Origin: Candidatus Shapirobacteria bacterium
GTDB lineage: Bacteria; Patescibacteriota; Microgenomatia; UBA12405
Direction: 5' to 3'
Length of the DNA stretch: 64,000 bases
Assembly (NCBI GenBank): GCA_041665485.1
Contig: JBAYIT010000001.1
Location: forward strand, 8,651 to 72,650
Shown here: piece after piece, positions 48,636 through 59,200 of the stretch
Layout: each line of letters begins with the position of its first letter
How positions within the stretch are numbered: position 1 is the stretch's first letter
The notes under the pieces: generated by a model
What the model was told of the DNA's origin: nothing
Seen by the model: only the letters and a program-made list of their open reading frames with translations
Databases searched by the model: none
Program-made: the position numbers and the translations under genes

Positions 48636-50196
48636 TCAAATTTACCCAATTACCCCGAGGATTAATTTGATGGAGCATTTCATGGTCCTCTCTATCAGCC
48701 CAATCTTCACCACGAATACCATTATTTCCCCGATTAGAAAAATTTACCCGAACCGCTATTGGACATCGAGATGTTAACCCTTTGGGAGGAGAAACAAAGA
48801 CATAGTTAACTAGCATAGAAAAGGCATCAACCAAATCATCGTACCTTTCTACTCCAAAGTTCAACAGTTGATCAATCAATTCACCCGAACCGTTCTTAGG
48901 AAAATAGACGTTTCCATTTTTAACGAAGTCACTAGCAATCCTTAGTCTGGTTGATTTATCCTGACCGTGAAGCTCAACTCCAATTGCAGGATAGCCAACC
49001 TTTTGTAAGTCTTGCAACATAAATGTCTGAGAAGCTACTTGTTCAACCAATATAGTACTTTTTCTTTTGGAGTTAACCGTGTTTGATAGTTCTTTAAGAA
49101 TCACCTTTACGTCTGGGTAATCTACTCTTTTGTTAAAAATTTTTGGGAGGATATAAAGAGACAAAAGATCTTTTGTTTTATAAATTCTGCCAACCAGAAT
49201 GGCTGTTTTATCAGCTTTTTCTTTTTCAGAAATAGCCGAATCAATCGAAATAATATAACCAACACAGTTGGCCTCTAGATGAGCCGGAAACACATCATAA
49301 TATCTTACCCATTCTTTTTTAATTATTTGATCTTCTGGTGGGAGGATAATTAACAAATATTCCCGATACCACGACGACTCTGATCCAACCGACATCTTTA
49401 ATTTATCAATTGCATCCATATCTGGAAATTTGTCTTTCCAAGATATATTTCGGTTACTGTCTAATAGTGGATAATTAAAAAACTTCCCACTAAGTGTGGT
49501 ATTTTCAATCATTGCTTTTAGTCTCATCAGTAAACAATCCTCGTGTAACAAATTGCCAACAACAATAAATTTCGTGTTGGTGTCACCGATGGGGAGTATC
49601 TCGCCTGTAAACCACTGAAAAGTTTTGTCTCGACTATCTCTAGTTTTGATACTATTCAAATCTTCAACGTCGTCACACACAACCAAGTCCGGCCGGTATT
49701 GACCATGTCTAATGCCTCGAATACTCTGCTCCGTTGACGCAATGGTGATTCTGGCATTGAAATTAGACAGAACGATTGATGTTGACCCCCACTCATCATT
49801 AACTTCTTGAAATGGGCCAATATCTTTTTTCAGTAATTCATTGGTTTCTAGCTCCTTTTTGATGTTCGCCAAATGAAGTCTGGCTTGGTTCTGGGTTTGG
49901 CTAACTATCAATACAAATTTTCTTTGTTGACAACCAATAATTGCCCAAATTGGATATGAAAGACTCATTAGTGTTGATTTACTAGAACCTCTAAAAGCCA
50001 CGAACACGGCCAATTTCAATCTTATATCTTCAGTAACAGAAAACATTTCGTTGTGAAATGGAGCAAATGGATGGCTTATATAGTGATTAAAGTAAATTGT
50101 AAAAAACCAAAAATGGCTGTTTCTAGCCAAAGTCTTCCGTACAGACCTATTTTTTGCAATTTGTAATTTTTCTGCTTCATTTAATACTTGTTTCAT
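48628..50196 (-). CDS. Phage terminase large subunit-like protein
   Basis: Walker-A-like FRGSSKST, Walker-B-like LVVCDDVED, C-terminal RNaseH-like nuclease region. Preceded by a small HTH protein. Confidence 0.55.
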   Translation of the reverse strand: MKQVLNEAEKLQIAKNRSVRKTLARNSHFWFFTIYFNHYISHPFAPFHNEMFSVTEDIRLKLAVFVAFRGSSKSTLMSLSYPIWAIIGCQQRKFVLIVSQTQNQARLHLANIKKELETNELLKKDIGPFQEVNDEWGSTSIVLSNFNARITIASTEQSIRGIRHGQYRPDLVVCDDVEDLNSIKTRDSRDKTFQWFTGEILPIGDTNTKFIVVGNLLHEDCLLMRLKAMIENTTLSGKFFNYPLLDSNRNISWKDKFPDMDAIDKLKMSVGSESSWYREYLLIILPPEDQIIKKEWVRYYDVFPAHLEANCVGYIISIDSAISEKEKADKTAILVGRIYKTKDLLSLYILPKIFNKRVDYPDVKVILKELSNTVNSKRKSTILVEQVASQTFMLQDLQKVGYPAIGVELHGQDKSTRLRIASDFVKNGNVYFPKNGSGELIDQLLNFGVERYDDLVDAFSMLVNYVFVSPPKGLTSRCPIAVRVNFSNRGNNGIRGEDWADREDHEMLHQINPRGNWVNLIR

Positions 50197-50609
50197 TTTT
50201 GCTCCTCCTTTTTTAAATTTTGTAAATTGTTTGGTAATACTGATGCTAGTTTTAGTGCTTTCATAACCAAAATATTTTGTTCGGGTGTTAGTTGCTCGTC
50301 TTCGTGTCCCAACTTGGCTGTTACTTCGATTTTGTTGGCATAAGCAGGGTGTCGATGATTAAGCCAATAAGCAATGGCTGAGAAATTTTTATCCTTTATG
50401 GACGAAATCAATTGCGACTCTGCCATTTCGTTAATTAAAGAGACGCCTTCACCAATAGCTATTTCTACCGTCTTAGCAAATTCCCGATCTTCATTTTTCC
50501 AACGATAGAAGGTTGCTCGGCCGATACCGATTTTTTCGCAGGCCACCTGAATGATAGGTGTTTTTTTAAGTTGCTCGATCAATAGTTGTTTATCATTATC
50601 AGTTTTCAT
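50193..50609 (-). CDS. Terminase small subunit-like HTH protein
   Basis: HTH IGIGRATFYRWKNED. Position immediately 5' of the terminase large subunit, with overlapping stop/start. Confidence 0.35.
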   Translation of the reverse strand: MKTDNDKQLLIEQLKKTPIIQVACEKIGIGRATFYRWKNEDREFAKTVEIAIGEGVSLINEMAESQLISSIKDKNFSAIAYWLNHRHPAYANKIEVTAKLGHEDEQLTPEQNILVMKALKLASVLPNNLQNLKKEEQK

Positions 50610-51337
50610 ACTTTTAATAACTTGTTATAACGGTCGACGATAATTTGGCAGTATTCTGGATCAATTTCGATTCCCAAGCATTTCCTTTTCGTCTGTTGAC
50701 AAGCAATGAGTGTTGACCCAGACCCCAGAAATGGGTCATAGACATAGTCACCAATTTGAGAGCTATTTAAGATCAAGTGTCGCAGAAGCGATATTGGCTT
50801 CATGGTGGGGTGAAGTGGACTTTTGTTAGGTTTTGGAAAAGCCAAAACACTCTTATCTTTGCTTTTAAAGAACTTGTGTGTCCCAAACCACCCATAAGCA
50901 ACAAGTTCGTGCATGGGTAGATAATCCATTCGTCCGATAACAGCATGGTTTTTTATCCAAATTAGAAGCTGACAAAATTTAAAACCTGAACCGTCAAGAG
51001 CATTCTTTAAAGCAAATATCATCTTGTCAGAGTTGAAGATATAGAAGCTATTTTTTGGAGCCAAATAGGGCTTCACTACCTCTAACCACAGCTGAGTAAA
51101 TTGTTTATATGATTCGTCAGTTTGTAGTTGATCGTTGGCAATAATCTTTCGCTTAATATTTGATTTCGAGAAGCCATCTTTACCCTCAACCAGTGCCACG
51201 GCGTACGGCGGATCTGAGAGTATTAGTGATACTTTTTTATCAACTAATAACTTTTCAATCGATATTTTATCGGTGGCATCACTACATAAAAATAAATGAT
51301 TGCCGATTGCAATTAAGTCTCCCTTTTTAATTGACAT
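50606..51337 (-). CDS. Beta-class DNA methyltransferase (N6-adenine or N4-cytosine), orphan
   Basis: Motif IV DPPY (ILSDPPYAV) N-terminal to motif I (DPFLGSGSTLIA), which is beta-class order. Confidence 0.8.
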   Translation of the reverse strand: MSIKKGDLIAIGNHLFLCSDATDKISIEKLLVDKKVSLILSDPPYAVALVEGKDGFSKSNIKRKIIANDQLQTDESYKQFTQLWLEVVKPYLAPKNSFYIFNSDKMIFALKNALDGSGFKFCQLLIWIKNHAVIGRMDYLPMHELVAYGWFGTHKFFKSKDKSVLAFPKPNKSPLHPTMKPISLLRHLILNSSQIGDYVYDPFLGSGSTLIACQQTKRKCLGIEIDPEYCQIIVDRYNKLLKV

Positions 51338-52604
51338 AAGTAACCTCCTTGCCCGTCAGTTTTGTAAAACGGGAAATAATTAAATCGCAAAAAATTGGCT
51401 CAATCTCCACCATCAAGCACTTTCGCTTTAACTGTTCGCAACTACACATGGTTGAGCCGGAACCGGCAAATAAATCTAGGACTGTGTCTCCAACTTTAGT
51501 ACAACGTCTTATCGCTTTTTCATGGAGTGTTGGACTTTTTTCAGTAGGATGACTATATTCGCTACCTGGCAATCTTTTGACTAACCAGATATTTAGCAAA
51601 TCTAAGATATCGTCTATGGTTCGATTGCCTGAGCCAATTTCTTTATTGAGAATTTCATTTAAATTTTTTGGGTTTTCAGAGATTGATGGTTTGCCTATAG
51701 TTCCATAAATACAAGCTTCATAAGATTTATTAAAAGCCACATTTGGTGTAGGAGAAAATCCGTTCTTAATCCATAAACAAACTCTCTTGTTTTCGATTCC
51801 GATTTCTTTGTATAGATCTTGGATCAAACCGATATGGCGTTCGTCATTCCATATAAATACATGGACATCAGGTTTGGAAATAGCCAGCCCATTTTCGATT
51901 ACCCTTTTTAAAAACTCGCGATATCCCAAATCGGTTTTATTGTCATCAGTTTTACCTCCATACTTTCCTTTACCACCAACACCTTTGTTGTAGTCGAGTC
52001 CAATATTAAAAGGTGGATCAAAATAGGCCATTGATACCATCTTTTCTGATGTTAATCTTTGAACAACCTTAAGATCCATGCTGTTTCCACAAACCAGCAA
52101 ATGTGGTCCGAGTTTGATGATATCCCCCAGTTTTGTCTTGGGAACTTTTATCTTCTCTATTTCCGCTTGAGTATCAAAATCGTCTTCATAAGTTTCCAAA
52201 TTTTCGTCCCAAATTTTAGATAAGTCGTTATTGTCGAAACCAATGTCCATCAATGTTTCTATGTCGAAGTTTTTGAGAAGTTCAAAATCCCAATCACCAA
52301 CTACCCGGTTCAATGTTAGATTTAGTTTTCTCTCTTTTTCGATATCAGAGATGTCAATAAAATTTACTGGAACTACCTTGTACCCCAGATCTTTAGCTAT
52401 CTTTAATCGAAAATGCCCGGCAATTACAACTCCATATCGAGACTTGTTTCCATTAGCTAAAATTGGTATCACAAAGCCATTTTCTCTAATGCTCTTTTTT
52501 AAATCAGAGATAGCTTTCTCGCTCCAATATCGTGGGTTATATTCCGAAGGTTTTAAATCTGTAACTTTTACCAGGACCGTTTTGATACTTGGTGTATTGA
52601 CCAT
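51327..52604 (-). CDS. ParB-like nuclease domain fused to beta-class DNA methyltransferase
   Basis: N-terminus KPSEYNPRYWSEKAISDLKKSIRENGFVIPIL is ParBc. Motif IV FDPPFNIG, then motif I DLFAGSGSTM. Confidence 0.8.
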   Translation of the reverse strand: MVNTPSIKTVLVKVTDLKPSEYNPRYWSEKAISDLKKSIRENGFVIPILANGNKSRYGVVIAGHFRLKIAKDLGYKVVPVNFIDISDIEKERKLNLTLNRVVGDWDFELLKNFDIETLMDIGFDNNDLSKIWDENLETYEDDFDTQAEIEKIKVPKTKLGDIIKLGPHLLVCGNSMDLKVVQRLTSEKMVSMAYFDPPFNIGLDYNKGVGGKGKYGGKTDDNKTDLGYREFLKRVIENGLAISKPDVHVFIWNDERHIGLIQDLYKEIGIENKRVCLWIKNGFSPTPNVAFNKSYEACIYGTIGKPSISENPKNLNEILNKEIGSGNRTIDDILDLLNIWLVKRLPGSEYSHPTEKSPTLHEKAIRRCTKVGDTVLDLFAGSGSTMCSCEQLKRKCLMVEIEPIFCDLIISRFTKLTGKEVTYVN

Positions 52605-52814
52605 AAAAAAAACTCCATAAAGTAATAATGCTCCCGGCCCTGCCTGGAGTGTATCTACTTTCGGAGTTTACAGGTTAAACACCTACGCTCTTGATTGAGT
52701 TAATATAATTTACCACATGTACCAGTTCCTTTCAATAGTGTTTCCCTTGATGTTTATTTGGTTGAAAAGTGTTAATAAATTTTATACAATATTGGTATCA
52801 ACTGGTAAGTAATT

Positions 52815-52988
52815 ATGGAAGAACTTTTGACATTAAATGAAACCGCTCAAATACTGAAAGTTCACCCAAACACTCTTCGATCGTGGGATAAAAAGGGGGT
52901 ATTAATTGCAATTCGGATCGGGGTAAAGAAAGCTAGAAGATACAAAAAAGAAGATATTGAAAAATTTATTAATAAGAAGAATAAATAA
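52815..52988 (+). CDS. Excisionase/AlpA-family helix-turn-helix DNA-binding protein (57 aa; not in supplied ORF track)
   Basis: Manual translation: MEELLTLNETAQILKVHPNTLRSWDKKGVLIAIRIGVKKARRYKKEDIEKFINKKNK. Fits the TIGR01764 excisionase-type HTH. Ends 2 nt before the PLD-SNF2 start. Confidence 0.55.
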   Translation: MEELLTLNETAQILKVHPNTLRSWDKKGVLIAIRIGVKKARRYKKEDIEKFINKKNK

Positions 52989-52990
52989 AC

Positions 52991-55900
52991 ATGTCATTAA
53001 TCGATAATAAAAACCAAACTTTACAAAATGCACTCAAAAATGCTTTAGTAACAGCCGACCGAATTGATATTGCGGTCGGATTTTTTTATTTCTCCGGATT
53101 TGAAGCACTGGCCGACGAGTTAAGAGATAAAAAAATACGTATTTTGGTTGGTTTGGAGGTTGATCCAAAGCTTATTTCGGAGATTTCTCAAAAAGCGAAG
53201 GATGGTGATGTTGATTTATCTAAATATCAAACCAGGGATTCAATTAATTCCAGAACAGTAAAAAAATTAAATTATGTTGATACTTTTGTGGGGTTTATGA
53301 ATGATAGTGACGTATTCGATTCAGATAAAGCTAACGAACTTTACGAACTTTATATTCAAAAAATAAACGACGGTTCTCTTGAGATTAGAAAAACTGTTGA
53401 TGATTACCACGGTAAATATTATGTAGTTCATAACAAAAAAGAAACATCTCAAAGTGGTGACTTCCCGGGTACTGTATTTTTTGGTTCCAGCAATCTTTCT
53501 TATCGAGGACTGAGTGGCCAGGGAGAATTAAATCGTTCCAGTCGAGAGAAAAATGAGTTTGATGAATTTACTGGTCAATTTGAAGAGATGTGGAGCGATT
53601 CAAAATCAATTTCAATAGCAGACGCAAACACTAAAGACCAATTTATCGAAGCGATTAAACCCCGTATTTGGAAGTACTGCACACCTCTCCCTTATTACCT
53701 ATATATTCGAGTACTGCACGAGATATTTTATCAACAGGAAATTAATACACTCAAAACTCCCAAAGCCACCACTAATGGTCTTTACATTGATCTGGAATAT
53801 CAGATTGATGCCATTAAAATGGTTATCGACAAACTCAACAAATATGATGGCGCCATTCTTGCCGATGTTGTCGGTCTTGGAAAAAGCATTATTGCTTCTG
53901 CTGTAGCTAGGAACATGGACGCAAAGACGGTGATAATTGCTCCTCCACACCTTATGTCCCAATGGGAAGAATATAAAGAACAATTTGGCATCAGGGGGTC
54001 GAAAGTATTCAGTTCGGGAAAGATTCAAGAAATTTATGATCGATATCATGAGGCTAAAGAACCCGTATTTTTCATTCTTGATGAAGCTCATCGATATCGT
54101 AATGAAGACACGAATGACTACAAGTTATTACACCAAGTTTGTCGTAGTCATCCAGAAAATAAAGTTTTATTGTTAACTGCCACCCCTTTCAATAATGATC
54201 CAAAAGATGTTTTTGCATTAATAAAGTTGTTTCAAACTCCTGGACAATCAACCATTCGCTCAGTCGACAATTTAAGTCTCCGGTATCGAGACCTTATCCA
54301 ACGATATAAAAAATTACGCAGAGACATGACAAAAGGAGCTATCCAGGAAGCGGTTGATAAAGAAACGGCCGAAATTGCGGCGGAACAGAGAAGATTAATT
54401 GAAACAATTATTATCCGAAGATCGCGACTTGATCTTAACTACATCACTCGTTATCGGGAGGACTTACAACGTCAAAATATTTCCTTTGCTGAAGTACGAG
54501 GTCCAGATCCACTTGAATACGATCTGGGAGAACTTTTTGAACCTTATATGAAAACTTTGGATTTAATCATTAAACCAGATAATGAAGGATTCCTTGGTGC
54601 CCGATATAAGCCTACATCGGAGACCTATATGGATGAAGAGAATCGCAAGAAATTTATCGATAAATATAAAAGTGAGTTTGACGATATTGAGGATCTTCGG
54701 ATTGCTCAGTCAAACTTGGCAAAATTTATGAGACGACTCTTGGTTATGCGTTTTGAAAGCTCAAAAGATGCTTTCCGTTCTACATTGGAAAAAATGATTG
54801 AGTCTAATAAACTTATTGAACATTGGTGGAGTGAGCTGGGAATTGTACCAATTATGAAAAAAGGGCAACTTCCCGATCCGCAGGACTATGACTTAGAAGA
54901 TGGTGAATCTGATTCGCTTACTGAGGAATTGGAATTATTGCGAAATAAAAAAGGTTTCCTGGAAATAAGCAAGGACATGTTAAATCCTCAATTTATTGAA
55001 GATGTACAACACGATACAAAACTATTACAGTCAATTCATGACGATTGGTATTCAAATCCCCAATTTGCTGACCTAGATCCGAAACTAGATAACATTATTG
55101 AAAAAATTGAGGAATTATTGTCTGAAAATAAAGATAGAAAAATTGTTATCTTCTCTAGCTATAAAGACACGGTCGATTATTTGTATAAGATAATGGTCGA
55201 TCGTGGATTTAGCCGCGTTACTAAATATTCAGCTTCGGAGGGAACAGACGCAAACAAAAAAATAATTCGTCAAAACTTTGATGCTTCAATTCAGGAAGCA
55301 CAACAAACAAATGACTTTGATGTTTTAATAGCCACAGACGCATTGAGCGAAGGATTTAATCTTCATAGGGCTGGAATTGTTATTAACTATGACATACCCT
55401 ACAACCCCACTAGAGTTATCCAAAGAGTTGGACGCATTAATCGTATAAATAAGAAGGTTTTTGAGTTCCTAAATATCTACAATTGTTTTCCAACAGCAAT
55501 CGGCGAAGAAGAAACTAGAGTAAAAAGTATTTCTACTCTCAAAATGAAACTAATCAATGCGGTTGTGGGAAGTGATACAAAAACTCTAACCAAAGATGAA
55601 GAATTGGTTAGTTATTTTAAAGATGAATTTGACAAAGCCCAAAAAGAGGACGAAAGGTTGTCTTGGGATACAGTACATAGAGAAAATTTTGAAAGAGCAT
55701 TAAAAGACAGTGATCTTATGAAAAAAGTCCTGGAGCTTCCTAGAAGGAGTCGTATAAAAAGGATTGGTCGTAAAAACTCCGGTACAATAGTATTTGGGAA
55801 GAAGGGGCAGAACTCCGTGTTTACTTATGGTATTACTACTGACGACATTAGAGTTACTTCAGCCGAGGAATCTTTGCCAGTTTTCGAAGCAAAACCAGAT

Positions 55901-56275
55901 GAAAAAAGTGAATTAGTTGATAAGGAGTTTACTAATATTTTTAATTTGGCTAAAGAAAAACTTTTCGCCAAACACGAGTTGCCCCAAATAAAGGGTAGAA
56001 GGGCAACTGCTATTAATATTTTAAAAGTGATTGCTGACAAAATGCCAATTGCTAGAGATTATTGCGAAGACATTATTTCTATTATCAAGACCCTTGATGA
56101 TATTAGCGATGGGTCTCTAAAAGATATTTCTCAATTGAATGCAAACAAGGTTGATGAGTCATACAAAAAATTGTTAAACATTATTCCGGAAGTGTATGTG
56201 AGAAATATTTTAAATCGATCTAAACATACTGACGAGGCACAAGAATTACTGTTGTTTGCGGAACAATTACTATGA
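52991..56275 (+). CDS. PLD-family (HKD) nuclease domain fused to SNF2/DEAH-box superfamily-2 helicase
   Basis: N-terminus has HxK...GSxN (VHNKKETSQSGDFPGTVFFGSSNLS). Helicase motifs I LADVVGLGKS, II ILDEAHRYRN, III LLTATPFNN, V LIATDALSEGFNL, VI QRVGRINRI. Confidence 0.85.
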   Translation: MSLIDNKNQTLQNALKNALVTADRIDIAVGFFYFSGFEALADELRDKKIRILVGLEVDPKLISEISQKAKDGDVDLSKYQTRDSINSRTVKKLNYVDTFVGFMNDSDVFDSDKANELYELYIQKINDGSLEIRKTVDDYHGKYYVVHNKKETSQSGDFPGTVFFGSSNLSYRGLSGQGELNRSSREKNEFDEFTGQFEEMWSDSKSISIADANTKDQFIEAIKPRIWKYCTPLPYYLYIRVLHEIFYQQEINTLKTPKATTNGLYIDLEYQIDAIKMVIDKLNKYDGAILADVVGLGKSIIASAVARNMDAKTVIIAPPHLMSQWEEYKEQFGIRGSKVFSSGKIQEIYDRYHEAKEPVFFILDEAHRYRNEDTNDYKLLHQVCRSHPENKVLLLTATPFNNDPKDVFALIKLFQTPGQSTIRSVDNLSLRYRDLIQRYKKLRRDMTKGAIQEAVDKETAEIAAEQRRLIETIIIRRSRLDLNYITRYREDLQRQNISFAEVRGPDPLEYDLGELFEPYMKTLDLIIKPDNEGFLGARYKPTSETYMDEENRKKFIDKYKSEFDDIEDLRIAQSNLAKFMRRLLVMRFESSKDAFRSTLEKMIESNKLIEHWWSELGIVPIMKKGQLPDPQDYDLEDGESDSLTEELELLRNKKGFLEISKDMLNPQFIEDVQHDTKLLQSIHDDWYSNPQFADLDPKLDNIIEKIEELLSENKDRKIVIFSSYKDTVDYLYKIMVDRGFSRVTKYSASEGTDANKKIIRQNFDASIQEAQQTNDFDVLIATDALSEGFNLHRAGIVINYDIPYNPTRVIQRVGRINRINKKVFEFLNIYNCFPTAIGEEETRVKSISTLKMKLINAVVGSDTKTLTKDEELVSYFKDEFDKAQKEDERLSWDTVHRENFERALKDSDLMKKVLELPRRSRIKRIGRKNSGTIVFGKKGQNSVFTYGITTDDIRVTSAEESLPVFEAKPDEKSELVDKEFTNIFNLAKEKLFAKHELPQIKGRRATAINILKVIADKMPIARDYCEDIISIIKTLDDISDGSLKDISQLNANKVDESYKKLLNIIPEVYVRNILNRSKHTDEAQELLLFAEQLL

Positions 56276-59200
56276 TGCAATTAAATAATGATTACCAACG
56301 TGATGATTTTCTAAAATTTCTCGAAGAAGATTTTTTAACTGACTTCAAAAGAGATATTAGATCTGTAAATACTAGTAGTCTCTCGTCTATTCAAAAAGCT
56401 AATTACTTGGGTGAAAGTAGGGATTTGGATCTTCAGGTTTTTGAGTTCTTATTTGAAGGCTCTCCAAACAAACGCATCGCTTTAACAAAAGATGCTTTTT
56501 CAGTTATGCGATCAAGCGCTATTTATAATGCATTGGCCGTCTTCCATTCTCCAAACAAGAAAGACTGGAGATTCTCCTTGATGACTGCTACCCCAGAACC
56601 GACTCAAAAAGGTAAGGTGTCACTTTCATATTCAAATCCTAGGCGCTTGTCTTTCTTTTTGGGTCCTAATGCTAAAACAAACACTCCCACAAAATTTCTC
56701 ATAAACAAGGGGAAAATTATTGACCTTGAAGACTTGAAAAAAAGATTTTCTATAGAAGTTGTTAATAGGGAGTTCTATAAAGAAATATCCCAAACATTCA
56801 CAAAATTAGTTAATGGATTACTTAAACTACCATCAACCCAAGATAAAAGCCAAGCTAATATTGATTTTGCAGTCCGGTTAATTGGTCGTGTTATTTTTTG
56901 TTGGTTTTTACGTGAGAAAAAAAGTAATACTGGAATTGCGCTAATGCCAAAAGACCTTTTATCACTCGAAGCGGTTAAGGAAAACGATGATTATTATCAC
57001 AAAATCCTTGAGCCAATATTCTTTGAAGTTCTTAACAAACCAATCAAACTAAGAAAAGAAGATTTTTCTAAAGAACCTTTCTCTTCTGTTCCTTATCTTA
57101 ATGGAGGCTTATTTTCCCCTCAAGTAGATGACTACTACAAGCGAACGAATGGAGATTTTCAGTCGCAACACCACAACACACTAATTGTCCCAGATAGTTG
57201 GATTAAAAGCTTCTATGAAATTCTTGAAACTTACAACTTTACAATTGATGAGAACACAAGTTATGACGAAGAGCTTTCCATTGACCCGGAAATGTTGGGT
57301 AGAATTTTCGAAAATCTTTTGGCGGAAATTAACCCAGAAACAGGGGAATCGGCCAGAAAAAGCACAGGGAGTTTCTATACCCCCAGAATTATCGTTAATT
57401 ATATGGTTGATGAGAGTCTATTACTTTATCTTAAGGAAAATACTGGGATACATGAAGAAAAGTTGCGGACAATTATTAGTTATGACCTTGATGATGATTT
57501 GGAAAATCCCGTAACTACAGATGAAAAAGAAAAAATAATCGATGCACTAGAAAAAGTTAAAATTCTTGACCCAGCCTGTGGTTCTGGAGCTTTTCCAATC
57601 GGGGCATTACAAAAAATTGTTTTTATTCTTCAACAAACCGATCCAGACGGGCAAATGTGGTTCAAAAAGCAGATAAAAAACACTTCTCCGGAAATAAAAA
57701 GGGTTGTAGAACGTGAGTTTGCTCATAAAAATTTTGATTATATTAGAAAGCTTGGAATCATTAGAGAAAACATATACGGAATTGATATTCAACCAATTGC
57801 TACAGAAATCTCACGACTTCGTTGCTTCCTAACTCTTGTAGTCGACGAAGGCATCCAAGAAGACCTAGAAAATAGAGGTATAGAACCACTACCAAACCTG
57901 GATTTTAAATTTGTTACAGCTAACACGCTGATCGGTCTTCCTGGGTCACAAACAATTAATCAAATGGGATTGTTTGAAGATGATGCAGGAATTAAGGAGC
58001 TAAAAGAGCTTCGAGATATGTTTTTTAATGCCTCAGGTACAGAGAGAGAACAGCTTAAACTTGAATTTGTCCAATCACAAAATCACATGTTTCAACGGTT
58101 AGTAAGTGAAGGAAGAAGGGGTCATGCGGACTTAACTACAAAATTAACTACTTGGGATCCGTTTAGCCACAAGACATCCTCATGGTTTGACTCAGAATGG
58201 ATGTTTGGAATTAAGGATGGTTTTAATATTGTCATTGGGAACCCTCCATATGTCCAATTACAAACAAACGGGGGATACCTTGCAAACCTGTACGAAAATC
58301 AAAGTTATAGTACGTTCTGTAGATCAGGAGATATCTATTCTCTATTTTATGAAAAAGGTATTCAGTTGATTACCAACAAAGGTTGTTTGTGTTTTATATC
58401 TTCTAATAAATGGATGAGAACATCATATGGTTCAAAATTAAGAAGCTTTCTAAGTAAGCTAAACATGCTAAATCTTATTGATTTTGCAGGATTTCAAGTG
58501 TTCGAAACAGCCGCTGTAGATACCACCATAGCCCTAGTGCAAAGATCAGAAAATCTAAATAAACTTGAAGCTGCACATTTCAAGGACAATTATGTCCAAG
58601 GTGATGATATTAGGGACTATTTTAATAAAAATAAGGTTGATTTAAAAAACTTAGATAGCGAACCATGGTTTATCGGCGGATATGAAACAATTAGTCTCAA
58701 ATCCAAGATTGAACATGAAGGAGTACCTATTAAACGATGGCCGGAATTATCAATTAACTATGGAATAAAAACTGGGGCCAATGATGTTTTTATAATCAAC
58801 GAAGAATTTAGGAATAAATTAATTAATTTGGAACCACAATCAGCCAGTATAATGAAACCTCTTCTTCGTGGATTACATACAAAAAACTATTACACTGAGT
58901 GGGAAAATGACTACTTACTTTACGTTCCATGGCATTTTCCATTAGAAGGTGCCATTAAAGGTTCCTCGTTAAAAGCAGAAGAAACTTTTAAAGTGCAATA
59001 TCCTCGATTATATGAATATTTTCATAGTCGGAAAGAACGACTACTTAAAAGAAACAAGGCTGAGACAGGGATAAGATATGAATGGTATGCGCTACAAAGG
59101 AGTGGGTCAAGCTATAAATCTGATTTTCTCAAACCAAAAGTGGTTTGGATGAATATGAATAGAGGGTGGAAATTTGCATATTCAGAAAGAGATTTTTATG

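Noticed and set aside
52605-52814. Imperfect 13-bp inverted repeat (aactccataaagta ... tactttcggagtt) in the divergent region between the ParB-MTase and the excisionase-like gene, considered as an att site
   Set aside because: No matching copy was found by eye elsewhere in the window. More likely a promoter/operator or 5'-UTR structure. Not enough evidence to call an attachment site.
53699-54176. Antisense and alternative-frame ORFs inside the PLD-SNF2 gene
   Set aside because: Embedded in a gene with continuous helicase motifs. No independent support.
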